Source: Prorocentrum cordatum
Lineage: Eukaryota
Direction of reading: 5' to 3'
Length of the DNA stretch: 64,000 nt
NCBI GenBank assembly: GCA_963575745.1
Contig: CAUYUJ010000225.1
Coordinates: 1,364,001 to 1,428,000 of the forward strand
This document shows positions 24,595 to 36,781 of the stretch, piece by piece. Each line of letters begins with the position of its first letter. The first letter of the stretch is position 1. A model generated the notes under the pieces. The model was given only the letters and a program-made list of their open reading frames with translations. It searched no databases and was not told the origin of the DNA. The position numbers were made by a program, and so were the translations under genes.

Positions 24595-24780
24595 TGAATC
24601 TAACTTCTCTCAGAACCCTGACTGATGTGGACGATCAGGCAGCACGATGGAAAGGCTGTCCTGCAAACCAAGCATACAGAGGTGCCTGGAGCCAAACTGA
24701 TTACGGAGTGCCACATGTCCCACGCAACGCTATACAATCACAATCAACCTTTAAGCTCGCTAGGACTCACCAGAAATCGT
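24595..24780 (-). repeat. 5' LTR (probably truncated by the adjacent satellite)
   Basis: Direct repeat of 20785-20968; ends in CA on the minus strand. Confidence 0.8.
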
Positions 24781-24784
24781 TAGC

Positions 24785-26830
24785 GGGGCTTTCTCGGGAT
24801 CTGTCTTGGGAGATCTCTGGCTCAGGCTGAGGTTTCCTGTGGTTTTTGGAACTTTCTGGGGCTTTCTCTTTTGTTGTTTTTCTCTCCCTCTCTCTCTCTC
24901 TTTTTTTGGTTTCTCTCTCTCTCTCTCTCTTTCACTTTCTTTCTCTCGGGGAGACTCCAGATCGTGGAGGCCCAGGGCCCCCCGTGAAGCCCTGCCGGGG
25001 CCTCCTGTGGTCTTATGAGGCTTTCTCGGGAGCCCTCTCTCTCTCTCTCGGAATCTCGGGCGATGCTTGACAAGCTGTCCGAATCCCGCCCAACAGCCGC
25101 CAGGGGCTCCAGGAGAGCCCCGAGAGGCCAGGATCACCCGACTGAGGCTGTACATCGCGGCGGATCAGGGCCCCCTGAAAGGCTCTGCCGGGGCCTCCTG
25201 TGGTCTTCTTGGAATTTTCTCGGGAGCCCTTTTTTTTTTTCTCTCTCTCTCTCTCTCTGAGTCTCCTTAGAGGCCCGAACAGCTGGAAGAATAACGTCCG
25301 GCAGCCCCCAGAGGCTGCAGGCGATCCCCAAAAACCATGATCTCCCAACTGAGGCTGGAGATCGAAGCAAATTAAAGTCCCCTGGGAAGCACTGCCGGCG
25401 CCTCCTGAGGCCTCCTTGGGGCTGCTTTCTCGGGAGCCCTCTCTCGGGACTTCCAGGGAGGCCCGACAAGCTGTCCGCATCCCGCCCAGGAGCCCCCAGG
25501 GGGCCCAGGAGAGCCCCAAGAAGCCACGATCTCCTAACTGAAGCTGGAGATCGTTGCGAATAGGTTAAGCCCATGGGAGGCCCCGCCAGCGCCTCCTATG
25601 GACTCCATGTTGCGTTTTCACGGGAGCCTTTTTTTTGTTTCTCTGTTTCTGTCTCTGTCTCTATATTTTCCATGTTTCTCTCTCTGTTCTCTTTATACGC
25701 CTTTAGCTAGTTATTCATTGTTCTCTCTCCCTCTCTTCTCTTTCTCTGTCTTTATCTATGTATGTTTTCTTTGTTGTTCCCTCTCTCTCTCATCCTCTCG
25801 CTCTCTCGGAGCCTCCGCCAAAGAGCACCCAGGGGCTCCAGGATAGCCCCAAGAAGCCACGATCTCCCAACGAAGGCTGGAGATCGTGGCGGATCAGGGC
25901 CTCCTGGGGGTTCCTTGGAACTTTCTCGGGAACCCTCTCTCGCTCTCTCTCTCTCCCTCTCTCTCTCTCTATCTCTCTCTCTCTCTCTGTCGTTCTTTAC
26001 GTGTGTATGTCTGGATGGATTTCCATCAGTGTTTGTTTATGTGTGTTTGTTTGTTTGGTTGATTGGTTGGTTGGTTGGTTGGTTGGTTGTTTATCATTTG
26101 ATTGTTGATTTGCTTGTTTGCCTGCTTGCTGTGCGTCTCTCTCTCTCTCTCTCTTTCTCTCTTTCCCTCCCTCTCTCTCATACTTTCTCTTATATATATA
26201 TATATATATAGATTGTTGTTGTTTGGTTTTTTTTTCTCTCTCTCTCTCTCTCTCTCTCGGAGCGCAGGGGGAGGCCCGACGAGCTGTCCGAATCCCGCCC
26301 AGGAGCCCCCCCCCAGCGGCGCCAGGAGAACCCCAAGGAGCCATGACCTCACAATTGAGGCTGGAGGTCGTGGCAGATCAGGACCTGTGGCCTCCTATAG
26401 CTTCCTTGGGCGTTCTCTGGGGAGCCCTCTCTCTCCGTCGGAGACTGCTCGAAAATCTGTCCGAATCCCGCCCAGGAGCCCCCAGGGGCTGCAAGAGATC
26501 TCCACGAAACCACGATCTGCCAACTAAGGCTCGAGATCGCGGCGGATCAGCGACCCTTGAGAGGCCCTGCTGGAGCCTCCTGGCCTCCTTTGGGGCTTTC
26601 TCGGGGACAGTGTTTCGTTGTCTCTCTTTCTCTCTCTCTCTCTCTCTTTCTCTCTCTTTCTCCCTGGGCGTGTTTTTCGGAGCCCCCAGGAAAGCCCAGA
26701 AAGCTGTCCGAATCCCGCCCAGGAGCCTCCAGGGGCTCCAGGAGAGCCCCAAGAAGCCACGATCGCCCAATTGAGGCTGGAGATGGCGGATCAGGGCTCC
26801 CTGGGAGGCCCTGCCGGGGGCTCATGTGGC

Positions 26831-26880
<50 letters not shown>

Positions 26881-27015
26881 CATCTCCCTCTCGGGGCCTC
26901 CAGGGAGGTCCGAAAAGCTGTCCGAATTCCGCCCAGGAGCCCTCAGGGGCTCCAGGAGAGCCCCAAGGAGCCATGACCTCCCAAGTGAGGCTGGAGATCG
27001 TGGCGGATCAGGGCC
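24785..27015 (+). repeat. Satellite of a ~110-160-bp conserved unit separated by variable (CT)n-rich spacers, about 8 copies
   Basis: agctgtccgaatcccgcccaggagcc...ccacgatctcccaactgaggctggagatcg near 25073, 25280, 25469, 25825, 26282, 26455, 26702 and 26916. Confidence 0.9.
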
Positions 27016-28100
27016 CCACTGACAGGCCCCATCGGGGGCAGCTTCTTGGACCCCTCAACAGCGGGCCCAGCCCGGAGGCGCCCCGAAAAGAGTCGGGACT
27101 CCGCCGCAACTAAACGAAGATCCCAAAGGGGGTTTTTGAAAAACTGGGCCAGCTAGGGGTCCGGGGACCCGTTTCCCTGGTATTTCTCATATTATCATGC
27201 AAGTGTTCTGGAAGCCTCTCCCCCCTTCGAAAGGTAAAGCACTAAGCGTGAAGTGCTGGATTCAATCGAACCCCCCAGATCATCGAAACCGGGGGCCGAC
27301 CTCAATCCCGCTGGCGTTGCAGAGCCACTGTAGAACTTCGCCCCATCCCAGCCCCCTAGAGCGCGGATGCCTCAGAATGCATGGGTCCACGCGTGGGTAT
27401 CGCTGTCCGGCTCCACACTCCCAGGGGAGGCCGGCGCCACTCGTTGGCGACAATGCACGCGTGCGAGACAGCAGAAATCCAGCGTCCGTGAGCACCATGC
27501 TCAGCCGCTCGGCACGACCGACGTCCACCGCAGGCAGGCTGCCCTCCGCGCACACCATGTGCATACACGCGCGGTCCCACTTTGGGGCCCAGAGGCTCGC
27601 ACGGGCCGCCGCAGTGGGGGTCAGGCATCAGGGAGGAATACAAAGACGACCCGATATGAACGAGTACGGTGACGGAAAAGGTCGACGATCACTTGCATCC
27701 ACTCGCCGCTAGGCAGCCAATCACCACTCATGCGCAGACATGCTTTGAATTCGCTCCTTGCCCCATCGGAACCGTGTTTGTGCAATGCCGTATCTGTAGA
27801 GCGATCTCGAGACCGATGGATTCGGATGGGGCGTAAAAACAATCCCCCTCATCCTTCATCCTAAACCTCCTTCCGGTTTCAAGGATCACTGCCAAGGAAC
27901 CTATTCGTACGCCTGTCCCCCGCCCCCTACAGGCTACACATTACAAGCAATGATCGTGCCTTCAAGCTCGCTCTTTCGTGCGACACTTCACTTGAAAGAG
28001 CCGCAATATAACACAAGACTGTATTGCATATACTTCCAGAAGCAGGGGACAGTGATGCCAAGAGGCGGTGCCGATATATATCAGTCCACGTCATCCAGAC

Positions 28101-28226
28101 CCGATCTCCCAGCTCGAAGATGTCGATGTTTGGTTCTACGTTCATGTCCAGCACGTCGAAGAGGCGCTGGAGGAAGCGCCGAAGGTTGGTGGAGCGGATC
28201 TTCCCATTCTCCACGTAGCCGAGATC
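28101..28226 (-). CDS. Putative exon DLGYVENGKIRSTNLRRFLQRLFDVLDMNVEPNIDIFELGDR
   Basis: ccccag|G acceptor, cgg|GT donor, 126 nt, codon-like GC3 bias. Confidence 0.65.
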
Positions 28227-28431
28227 CTGGGGAACCAAACAATGACATAAACATAACAACTCGGAGGTCCGCGTGGTTTTCTCGGATCGGCGTTGGACCC
28301 CCTCCCTGGCGCGCGGAGCGCGCCAGGGGCGGCGCCGGAGGCGCCGCCAGGGGGCCCCAGCGCCGATCCGAGAAATCCGCGCGGACCTCTGAGTTGCCAT
28401 GTTTATGTCATTGCTCGTTCCCCTAGGGGTC
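28227..28431 (-). mobile_element. 205-nt foldback intron (introner/MITE-like)
   Basis: GA donor and AG acceptor; arms of about 70 nt are inverted repeats; cccagga is repeated at both junctions; splicing is in frame. Confidence 0.7.
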
Positions 28432-28523
28432 CTGGGCTCGCCCGAACACACGGCGCAGGAAGAGCTCCGAGAACACGAACTCCTGAGCATCGCTTATCCG
28501 ACCCCCATCCCCAGCGGCGTGGC
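28432..28523 (-). CDS. Putative exon (G)HAAGDGGRISDAQEFVFSELFLRRVFGRAQ; 5' boundary uncertain
   Basis: cccag|G acceptor (alternative ctcag|GAG), cag|GA donor, in frame with the next exon. Confidence 0.55.
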
Positions 28524-31500
28524 CTGGGCCCCACTGGCCGATTCACCCCCCCTGGATGGGCCTATAGGCCGTTCCCTTCGGGCTTCGAGGGGCGTGTCCC
28601 CAGCTGGGGTGGTAATCTGGTGGGGCTCTCGAAGGGGATGAGGCATGGGGGTGGAGGTCGGTTGGACGATACTGAACTCCTCCGGCGGCCAGAAGGGCGT
28701 CGGCGGCTCGGGGACGAAGCCGCCCCCTGGCGAGATCGGCTCGCCGAGCGGCGGGCTCCTGTCGGTGGTTCAAAGATGGGGTCCCGAGGCTCCTAAGGGA
28801 GGGGGTCGTGAAGACGAGATGCCCCAAACAATGGAAATCCACCCTTGGATCCCTTCCTACAGAGGAGGCCGGTCCACAAGAAACCTTCCACAAGGAACCC
28901 AAACCTGCGCCCCCAGGACGTCCATGGATTTTCGGTGCGAGAGCGTCACGCTTTCCACCGCAAAACCTTCGAAACCCAAGAAACCCAGGGGACCCTGGAG
29001 GCAAGCAGGGTGTTTCTTAGCATGGGTCTCCGCTGTATCCGAAGGACCCTATCCCTCAGGACCCAATCTTTGAACCGCCGATCCTGGCCATACCGCTCCG
29101 CCGAGGCTGCCGCGGGCAGCGCGGCGCCTCCCAGGGGTGCACTCAAGCAGGGACCATCGCCGCGGCCAGCGTCGCCGCCATGGCCGGGGGGCAGGCCGTC
29201 ACGCACTCCCGGTCCTCTCCACTGCGGGTCGTCACCAACGCGCGGCGCGGGCACGTCGACTGCACACGGATCCGACTCCCACTCACTGTGACTAGTCTGC
29301 CGGAGGTCCTCCTCCTCCTCCTCCTCCTCCTCCTCCTCGTGGCAGGCTCAGGACAACAGTGGACGATACCACGAGCAGAACACCGCGCGCGCGCGGATTC
29401 TCTAGTCTCGGCTCGGCACCCTGGCCGCTGGTGTGCAATTGTCGTCCTTCCTCTTTGCCTGGGCGAGGCGCATTGTGCCTGGGTGGCCGTCTTCGGGACT
29501 CTGGGTGCCCTGGGCCCTGGTGGCCTGCTCTCGGGACCCGTTGCAAACCCTGGAGGTAAATCTTCTGATGTGGTGACCCCCTCGTTCGGCTCAAACATCT
29601 CCTCCGATGCAGACTGCGGCCACTTGTGAATTGCATCATTGGGAACGCCACTGCGTTAGAACACCTCAGGCAAGGTTTACAATATTTGAATCAGTTGACC
29701 AGAGCCTGAAATGGAAACTACGCTTGTTGCATCCCTTGTAGCACGCCTCACATGGGCGCCACGCTCCTGGGATGCATTGTCAACGACATCAAGTGATCTT
29801 CATATCCAGCTACGGGGAGTTTCCCAAGACAGGACCAGGACTGGACCGAGCGGCCCTCCAACACCAAGAAATATTGGGGCGGACGAATACTCGACGCCCT
29901 TAAACCATCAGGGAAAGACTCTCATGACATACAACGTCAATACAACTCAAGCCTGACTGGACAAGAACGGAAAGAGCTGCTGCCGTCCACTGGGCTCGTG
30001 GGTCATATTCTGTCGTGTTGGTCTGTTGTGCTGGTCTGTCGTGGTGTGCGTGCGCTTGCGCATGCGCGTGCATGGTGTATGCGCGTGAGCGTGTGTGTGT
30101 GTGTGTGTGTGTGTGTCAGTTGTGCGTGCTTGCTGGTTGTATGAATGTGTTCTTGGTTGCATGTGCGTGCGTGCGTGCGTGTCGCTTGCTGATTGGCATG
30201 TGTGCTGAGAGCTGTGGGCCGTGTATCGTGTGTACGTGTGTGCACTGTGAAGTCTGTGCTGTGCGTATTGAGTGTCCTATGCTGGGTGCTTGAGCCGTCT
30301 CAATTGCTAGAAGTCTCCTGTGCCTTTTTGAGGGCCTCCCGGGACGCTCCCGGGTCGCTCCTGGTTGCTCCCTTGGTACATGCCAGTGGGTCTCTGGGGA
30401 CACTCTGGTATTTGGGCCCGCCTGGGGGCACTCCGAGAGCGACTCCAAGACGACGTTGGTTCGATCCCCTCAGAAACCTCAACGAGTACGAACGGGAAGC
30501 GCAGCTTCTCTGGCCTCGCTTGCGCGAGCAAGTGCAAAGCCGGGCGCCTGGATTTCATGACCCGGTCCGCGTGGTAATGCTCTACCCTGGTCGACTCGCT
30601 ACTGGGTGCGCATTTCTCGCGTGGCAATTTCGCTGGCGGGCTTCATTTACGCATGGCTTGGGCCGTTTCCATGTCTTGGGGCGCGGTGGGAGTTTTTATG
30701 CGTAGTGAGATCACTCTGCTTCTCCGCCCGCTTTCCAATCTAGTCTCTGACCGCGTGCACAGGTTGGAATTGTGGGATAACCTCTCCGATGCCGCGGTGG
30801 CATCTGAACCGTGCTTTGTCTTTGTGCGCATGCCAGTCCGCCCGCTACGGAGATATGGCGACGTGGAGCGGCACTATGTCCCGAATTGCCTCGGTGCGAG
30901 CGCGTCACTCGCACGCGCTGTTACTGAGTCGCGGAAGTGGCAATATCCACCTGCCATACGTCTTGCAACATCTTCCTGGCTGCACCTCTCAAAGTTGCTG
31001 GCAACTGGAATCAAATCACATCACCGAAACAATGATTACCGCCGCCGCCACGCTTGATTTCAGCACGAGTTGACCTTGCTCTTTCCGATCGACATCCTGT
31101 TTTCCTGGCTATTGTTGCGCACGCGTGTGGTGTAGGCTCAGACCACCTGTTGGTCCCGTGCTCGGTGCCCTGTGTTTGTTCGCATCCCGCAGTTGACTGG
31201 ATTCTGTCGCGTCGAGCGGCGCACTGGGAGGCAAAAGGAACGCTGTTGCGCCGGTCATGGCGCCCGTGGCTGATGCGGTCGAGTCTCCCATTGCGCAGGC
31301 TTGGCTCGGCCCTCCGTCGAGCGGAGGGTCCCCCCTTCAGGAGGGAGCCCTATACGCTGGTGAGGCTCGCGGCGGGGGCAACTGAGGCGTCCGTGGCGGC
31401 CCCCATGCGCGCCAACCCGCCTTCGCTTGGTTCAAACGCCGTCGGATCGCAGGCGTCTGGGCGGTTACCACCAGTGGCCAGTGTGAAGCGTTTGCCTGTG

Positions 31501-31534
31501 GCTGCCTTGGTTAGGTGTTGCGAGTGGCTTGTAA

Positions 31535-32680
<1,146 letters not shown>

Positions 32681-33335
32681 TGAAGTTAGCCAGCTCGAAC
32701 GAGCCAGAGGGTTCCGTCCACTCCCACCCGCCCTCTCGGTCCATGCATCCCCCATCTCTAGGCTCACAGATGCCGCGCACGAAACGCCCGGGCCAGTTTC
32801 ACCTGAGACATCCTCGCAACTCTGGTCGCATAGATGACTCCACCGCCGGCCGAAGGGGGGGGAAGATGCGGCGGAGGAGGAGGAGGAGGTGGAAGAGGGG
32901 CAAGGGGAGACGGAGGAGGAGAGGGCGAGGCGGAGGAGGGGCATGCTGGGCGGGGGGAGGAGGAGGGGGAGGGGGACCAGGAGGATACGGACGACGGCGA
33001 CGGCGACGGCGGCGACGACGACATCCCGCACAGCGGTGCGGCCACCTTCGCCTGAGCCATCCTCGCAACCCTGGACTCAGACATGCGTCGACCTCATGTG
33101 GTCTTGCCACTCTCGGTCGATGCATCCCCCATCTCTGGGTTCACAAATGCCGCGCGCGAAGCGCTCGGTCCAGTTTCACTTGAGACATCTATGCAACTCT
33201 GGTCGCATAGATGACGCCACCTGAGGTGGTCCACCCACTCTCGCCTGATACATCCGCCGAATGTTGGGCTCAGAAATGCCGCGCGCGAAGTGGTCCGGCC
33301 AGCTTCGCCTGAGCTCCGGCCGCTGCACGTGGGAC

Positions 33336-33449
33336 CTGCGGCCAAGACAGCGACCATGACGAGTACGACGCGGACGATGAATCTGGTGGCGAAGATGAGA
33401 CGGGCGAAGACCGACGTCTCTTTCGCAATGCCATTCGCACTGTCATCGC
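33336..33449 (-). CDS. Putative exon DDSANGIAKETSVFARLIFATRFIVRVVLVMVAVLAA (S4-like, Arg-spaced hydrophobic helix)
   Basis: accag|G ... cag|GT, 114 nt, phase 1/1. Confidence 0.55.
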
Positions 33450-33859
33450 CTGGTCGGCTCAGCTCCGAATGCACCCCGTCCCCCGAGAAACCCGGCCCCG
33501 CTGCCCAGCAGTCCCGCCACGGAGGCGCTCGGACACTTCGCCGCCGGCGCCGCGGCAGCCGACAACAGCCGCGACGCTACAACGTCGCCGACGCGTAAGG
33601 GTGACTTTTCGCCGGGGTGACCTTTTGTGCGCTGCTTTTTGGCCCTCGGGAGGGGGCCTTTTTGGCCACGGCCGGAGGGGTCTGGGGGTCGATTTTGGTT
33701 TCATTTGTGCGCACCAAACGTCAATGTTGCCAAAGGTCTCTTACGTGGACACGACAACGGGCGCGCCGGCGGCGAATCGCACTTGCTTGAGGCACTATGG
33801 GTTGGCGCCCGTCCAGATCCTGAACCCGACGGGCCGCAGCGTCGAAGACAAGAAAGTCC

Positions 33860-34265
33860 ATGTTGACGAGCAGGCGTCCCCGCGCGATGTGCGCCGCGTC
33901 CCATTCCGCTACGCGATTCGCAGCGCAGATGAGGAGAAAGTGCATGTTAGCAAGAAAATCGTTGAAGTTGCGGTGTTTTTTGACAGGTAGGACGGGGGGT
34001 CCCGCGTAAGGTTGGCCAGGCGTCCGCGCGCGCTGTGCGCCGCGTCCTATTCCTGCTACACTTTTTTTTCGCAACGTCGACGACAAGAAAGTCCATGCTG
34101 ACGAGAAAAACGTTGACTTTGCATTGTTTCTTGATGGGTCAGGCGCGACCACCCGCTTCAAGTTACCCATGCAATGTTCATTCCGTCCTATTCCTGGTGC
34201 ATTTTTCGCAACTCGACGGCATGTTGGCGAGAAAAAACTGAGTTTGTGGACAAATAGGACGCCGG
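33860..34265 (+). repeat. Dispersed repeat with ~150-bp subunits (gcgcgatgtgcgccgcgtcccattcctgctac...cgacaagaaag); also at 58420-58770
   Basis: Shared motifs at both loci. Confidence 0.8.
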
Positions 34266-34541
34266 GGTTGCTATCGGCCAGCTCGGTGGGGATGTGGGGG
34301 TGTTTAATCATAAGAAGTAAGGATGTGCACGCGCGTGTGTGTGTGTGTGTGTGTATGTGTGTGTGCGTGTGCGTGTGCGTGTGCGTGTGCGTGTGCGTGT
34401 GCGTGTGCGTGTGCGTGTGCGTGTGCGTGTGCCTGCGTGCTGCGTGCTGCGTGCGTGCGTGCGTGCGTGCGTGCATGCGTGCGTGCGTGCGTGTCTGTGT
34501 GTGTCTGTGTGTGTGCGTGCGTGCGTGCGTGCGTGCGTGAG

Positions 34542-34572
<31 letters not shown>

Positions 34573-34896
34573 CTGCGTGCCTGCGTGCGTCCGTGCGTGC
34601 GTGTGTGTGTGTGTGTGTGCGTGTGTGTGTGTGTGAATGTGTGTGTCTGTGTCTGTGTCTGTGAATGGGTCTGTGACTGTGTCTGTGTCTGTGTGTGTAT
34701 GTGTGTATTTGTGTGCGCGCGTGTGCAGTTGGCCCCCGTCCCTCCTCCCTCTGTGCGTAGCCAGATTGCGCAATTGAAGAAGGCGCTGGGCCAGCGTGAC
34801 AAAACCACGTGGACGTTCGGCGCGCGCCACCTGTTTTGCGCGACTGGCCCATCCTGGGGTTGATGGAACAATGCACTCATGATGGGAACGCCCTAC

Positions 34897-34973
34897 TGAG
34901 AATCTCGACTGCCGTGCCTAGCGCCGTTACCACCCTGTGGAAAGCGGAGAACGCATCCTTCACGTACGCGGAC
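34897..34973 (-). CDS. Putative exon SAYVKDAFSAFHRVVTALGTAVEIL (S3-like)
   Basis: aatag|G ... a|GT; phase matches exon 33336-33449; resembles the Y.KD.WN.FD.VV pattern of voltage sensors. Confidence 0.4.
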
Positions 34974-35770
34974 CTATTTGAACATGTGATGTTTTAGCAC
35001 TTCTTCACACTCACCTCTCGCAAACCACCCTGCAGCAAGCCAGAGCCTGCCCTTCCGCAAACCCCGCAAGAATTCGAGGAGACGCTCCAGGCTGATCGGG
35101 CGCCCGTGGGAGGGCAGAGCGGGTCATCGAAAGGCGTCTCGGACGGGGGGCGCGGATTGCGCTGCGCGCGAGCTCGCGTACTCGGGGAGGGGCGAGCGCT
35201 TATTCATCTAAACTTGGCCATCGGCGGGCCCACTCGTCCCAGCACGTTCGATGCACGCTTTGGAGGGCATAAGAGGGCCCCTGGACAACCCCAAGAGAGC
35301 CCAAGCTGGCCCAGGAGGATCTCCAGAGGGATCCCAGACAGCCTCCAAAGGCCCCATCGACGGCCCAAGGCGACCACGCGACGGCTCCGAGAGCCCCTCT
35401 CAACGGCCAAGAAAGCTCGAAGTCGGCCCGAGAAGGCCCCAGGAGCCGCAAGACTGCCCTGCAGGAGCCCGAAACAGCGGAAATGAGCTCCATGAGAGCT
35501 CCTCAAGAAGTGGGGACGAACAATGTCACATGTGACGGCCTCCCGTGCCCCCTCGAAGAGTCGCCGCCAAGAATGCTTGGCCCACACGGTGGCGGAACTT
35601 GCCGCAGGCAGCCGGAGAATGCTACTATGAGGGGGCCGTGGCCCATCCACGCGCCCCCTCCCGCCTCGGATCAGGGCCAGAACTTCTCCCCAGTATGATA
35701 AGCAACCTGGCGAGCCCTCGTCGCCTCCTCCGCTCCCTGCACTAGCCGGCAGCCCCTCGTCCTCCTCGTC

Positions 35771-35830
<60 letters not shown>

Positions 35831-36748
35831 CTCCTCCTCCTCCTCCTCCTCCTCCTCCTCCTCCTCCTCCTCCTCCCCCTCTCTGTCGTCCTGAACATCA
35901 AGTCGAAACCAACTACGCGCACCTGTCTGAGGACGAGCGGATGCGAGGAGGCGGGCACACCAGGCCCTGTTCGCCGACGGCCTGCAGAGCGAATGCGCAG
36001 CGCAGCCGAGACTGTATATGGAGACGGGAGTGCCGACCGTGAAGTGCGGAACGAGAGGGACGCGGACGAGGGGGGGGGCAGAAGAAGTTGGAGCAGAAGA
36101 GCAACGGAGTGACGAGGATAGAGAAAGAGATAGAAAGAGAGAAATAACAAAAACAACAACCAACACAATAACAAAAAAACGAAATCGATGGAGGGAGGCT
36201 GGGCGGGGAGACCCTGGTTGAGATGACGGCGGCGGCGAGGGCGAGCAAGGTGAGGCCCTGAACAAAGCCCTTGCGCGGGGACTGCAGACGGCTGCCCACT
36301 GACGTGAGGCGCCCTCCACGAGGGAGGAGGAGGAGGAGGAGGAGGAGGAGGAGGAGGCCCAGGAGGAGCTGCTGCAAGAAGGCCCAGAAAGAGGCTCGGG
36401 AGGAGGAGGCTCAGGAGGAGGAGGCTCAGCAGGAGGGTCAGGAGGAGAAGGCGCCTTCCGCGAGGGAGGACGAGGCGCAGGAGGAGCTGCTGCACCGCTG
36501 CAGGGGGGGGCGAGAAAGAGGCGGGACCAGAAAGAGGTGCCCATGGTGCGATTGCTTTGCCCGCGCGAGCGGCACAGCGAGCATGGTCTTTCCCCAGTGT
36601 GGGTCACCGGGGCGCCGTGCGCGAAAATTGGGGCGCGAAGCAACGTGGAAGGAGGAGGAGAAGGTTGAAGGGACCCAAGGACACACAAATCCGCCGACCC
36701 TGTCGGCGTGTGGAAGACGCATCCCGGTGTCGTCGTCTTGCGTGGATC

Positions 36749-36781
<33 letters not shown>

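Larger units (their letters stand above)
20785..24780 (-). mobile_element. Internally deleted LTR retrotransposon (gag and protease only)
   Basis: Direct repeats at 20785-20968 and 24595-24780, a primer binding site next to the 5' LTR, and gag and protease fragments between them. Confidence 0.85.

Noticed and set aside
24785..27015. CRISPR-like repeat-spacer appearance (also the 89-, 102- and 162-bp arrays)
   Set aside because: Repeats are too long, spacers are low-complexity or absent, there are no cas genes, and the context is eukaryotic.
35923..36258. Additional upstream exons (S1-like GLTLLALAAAVIST; 35923-35981) of the voltage-sensor-like gene
   Set aside because: Phases and donor sites are ambiguous, so they are not listed as features.
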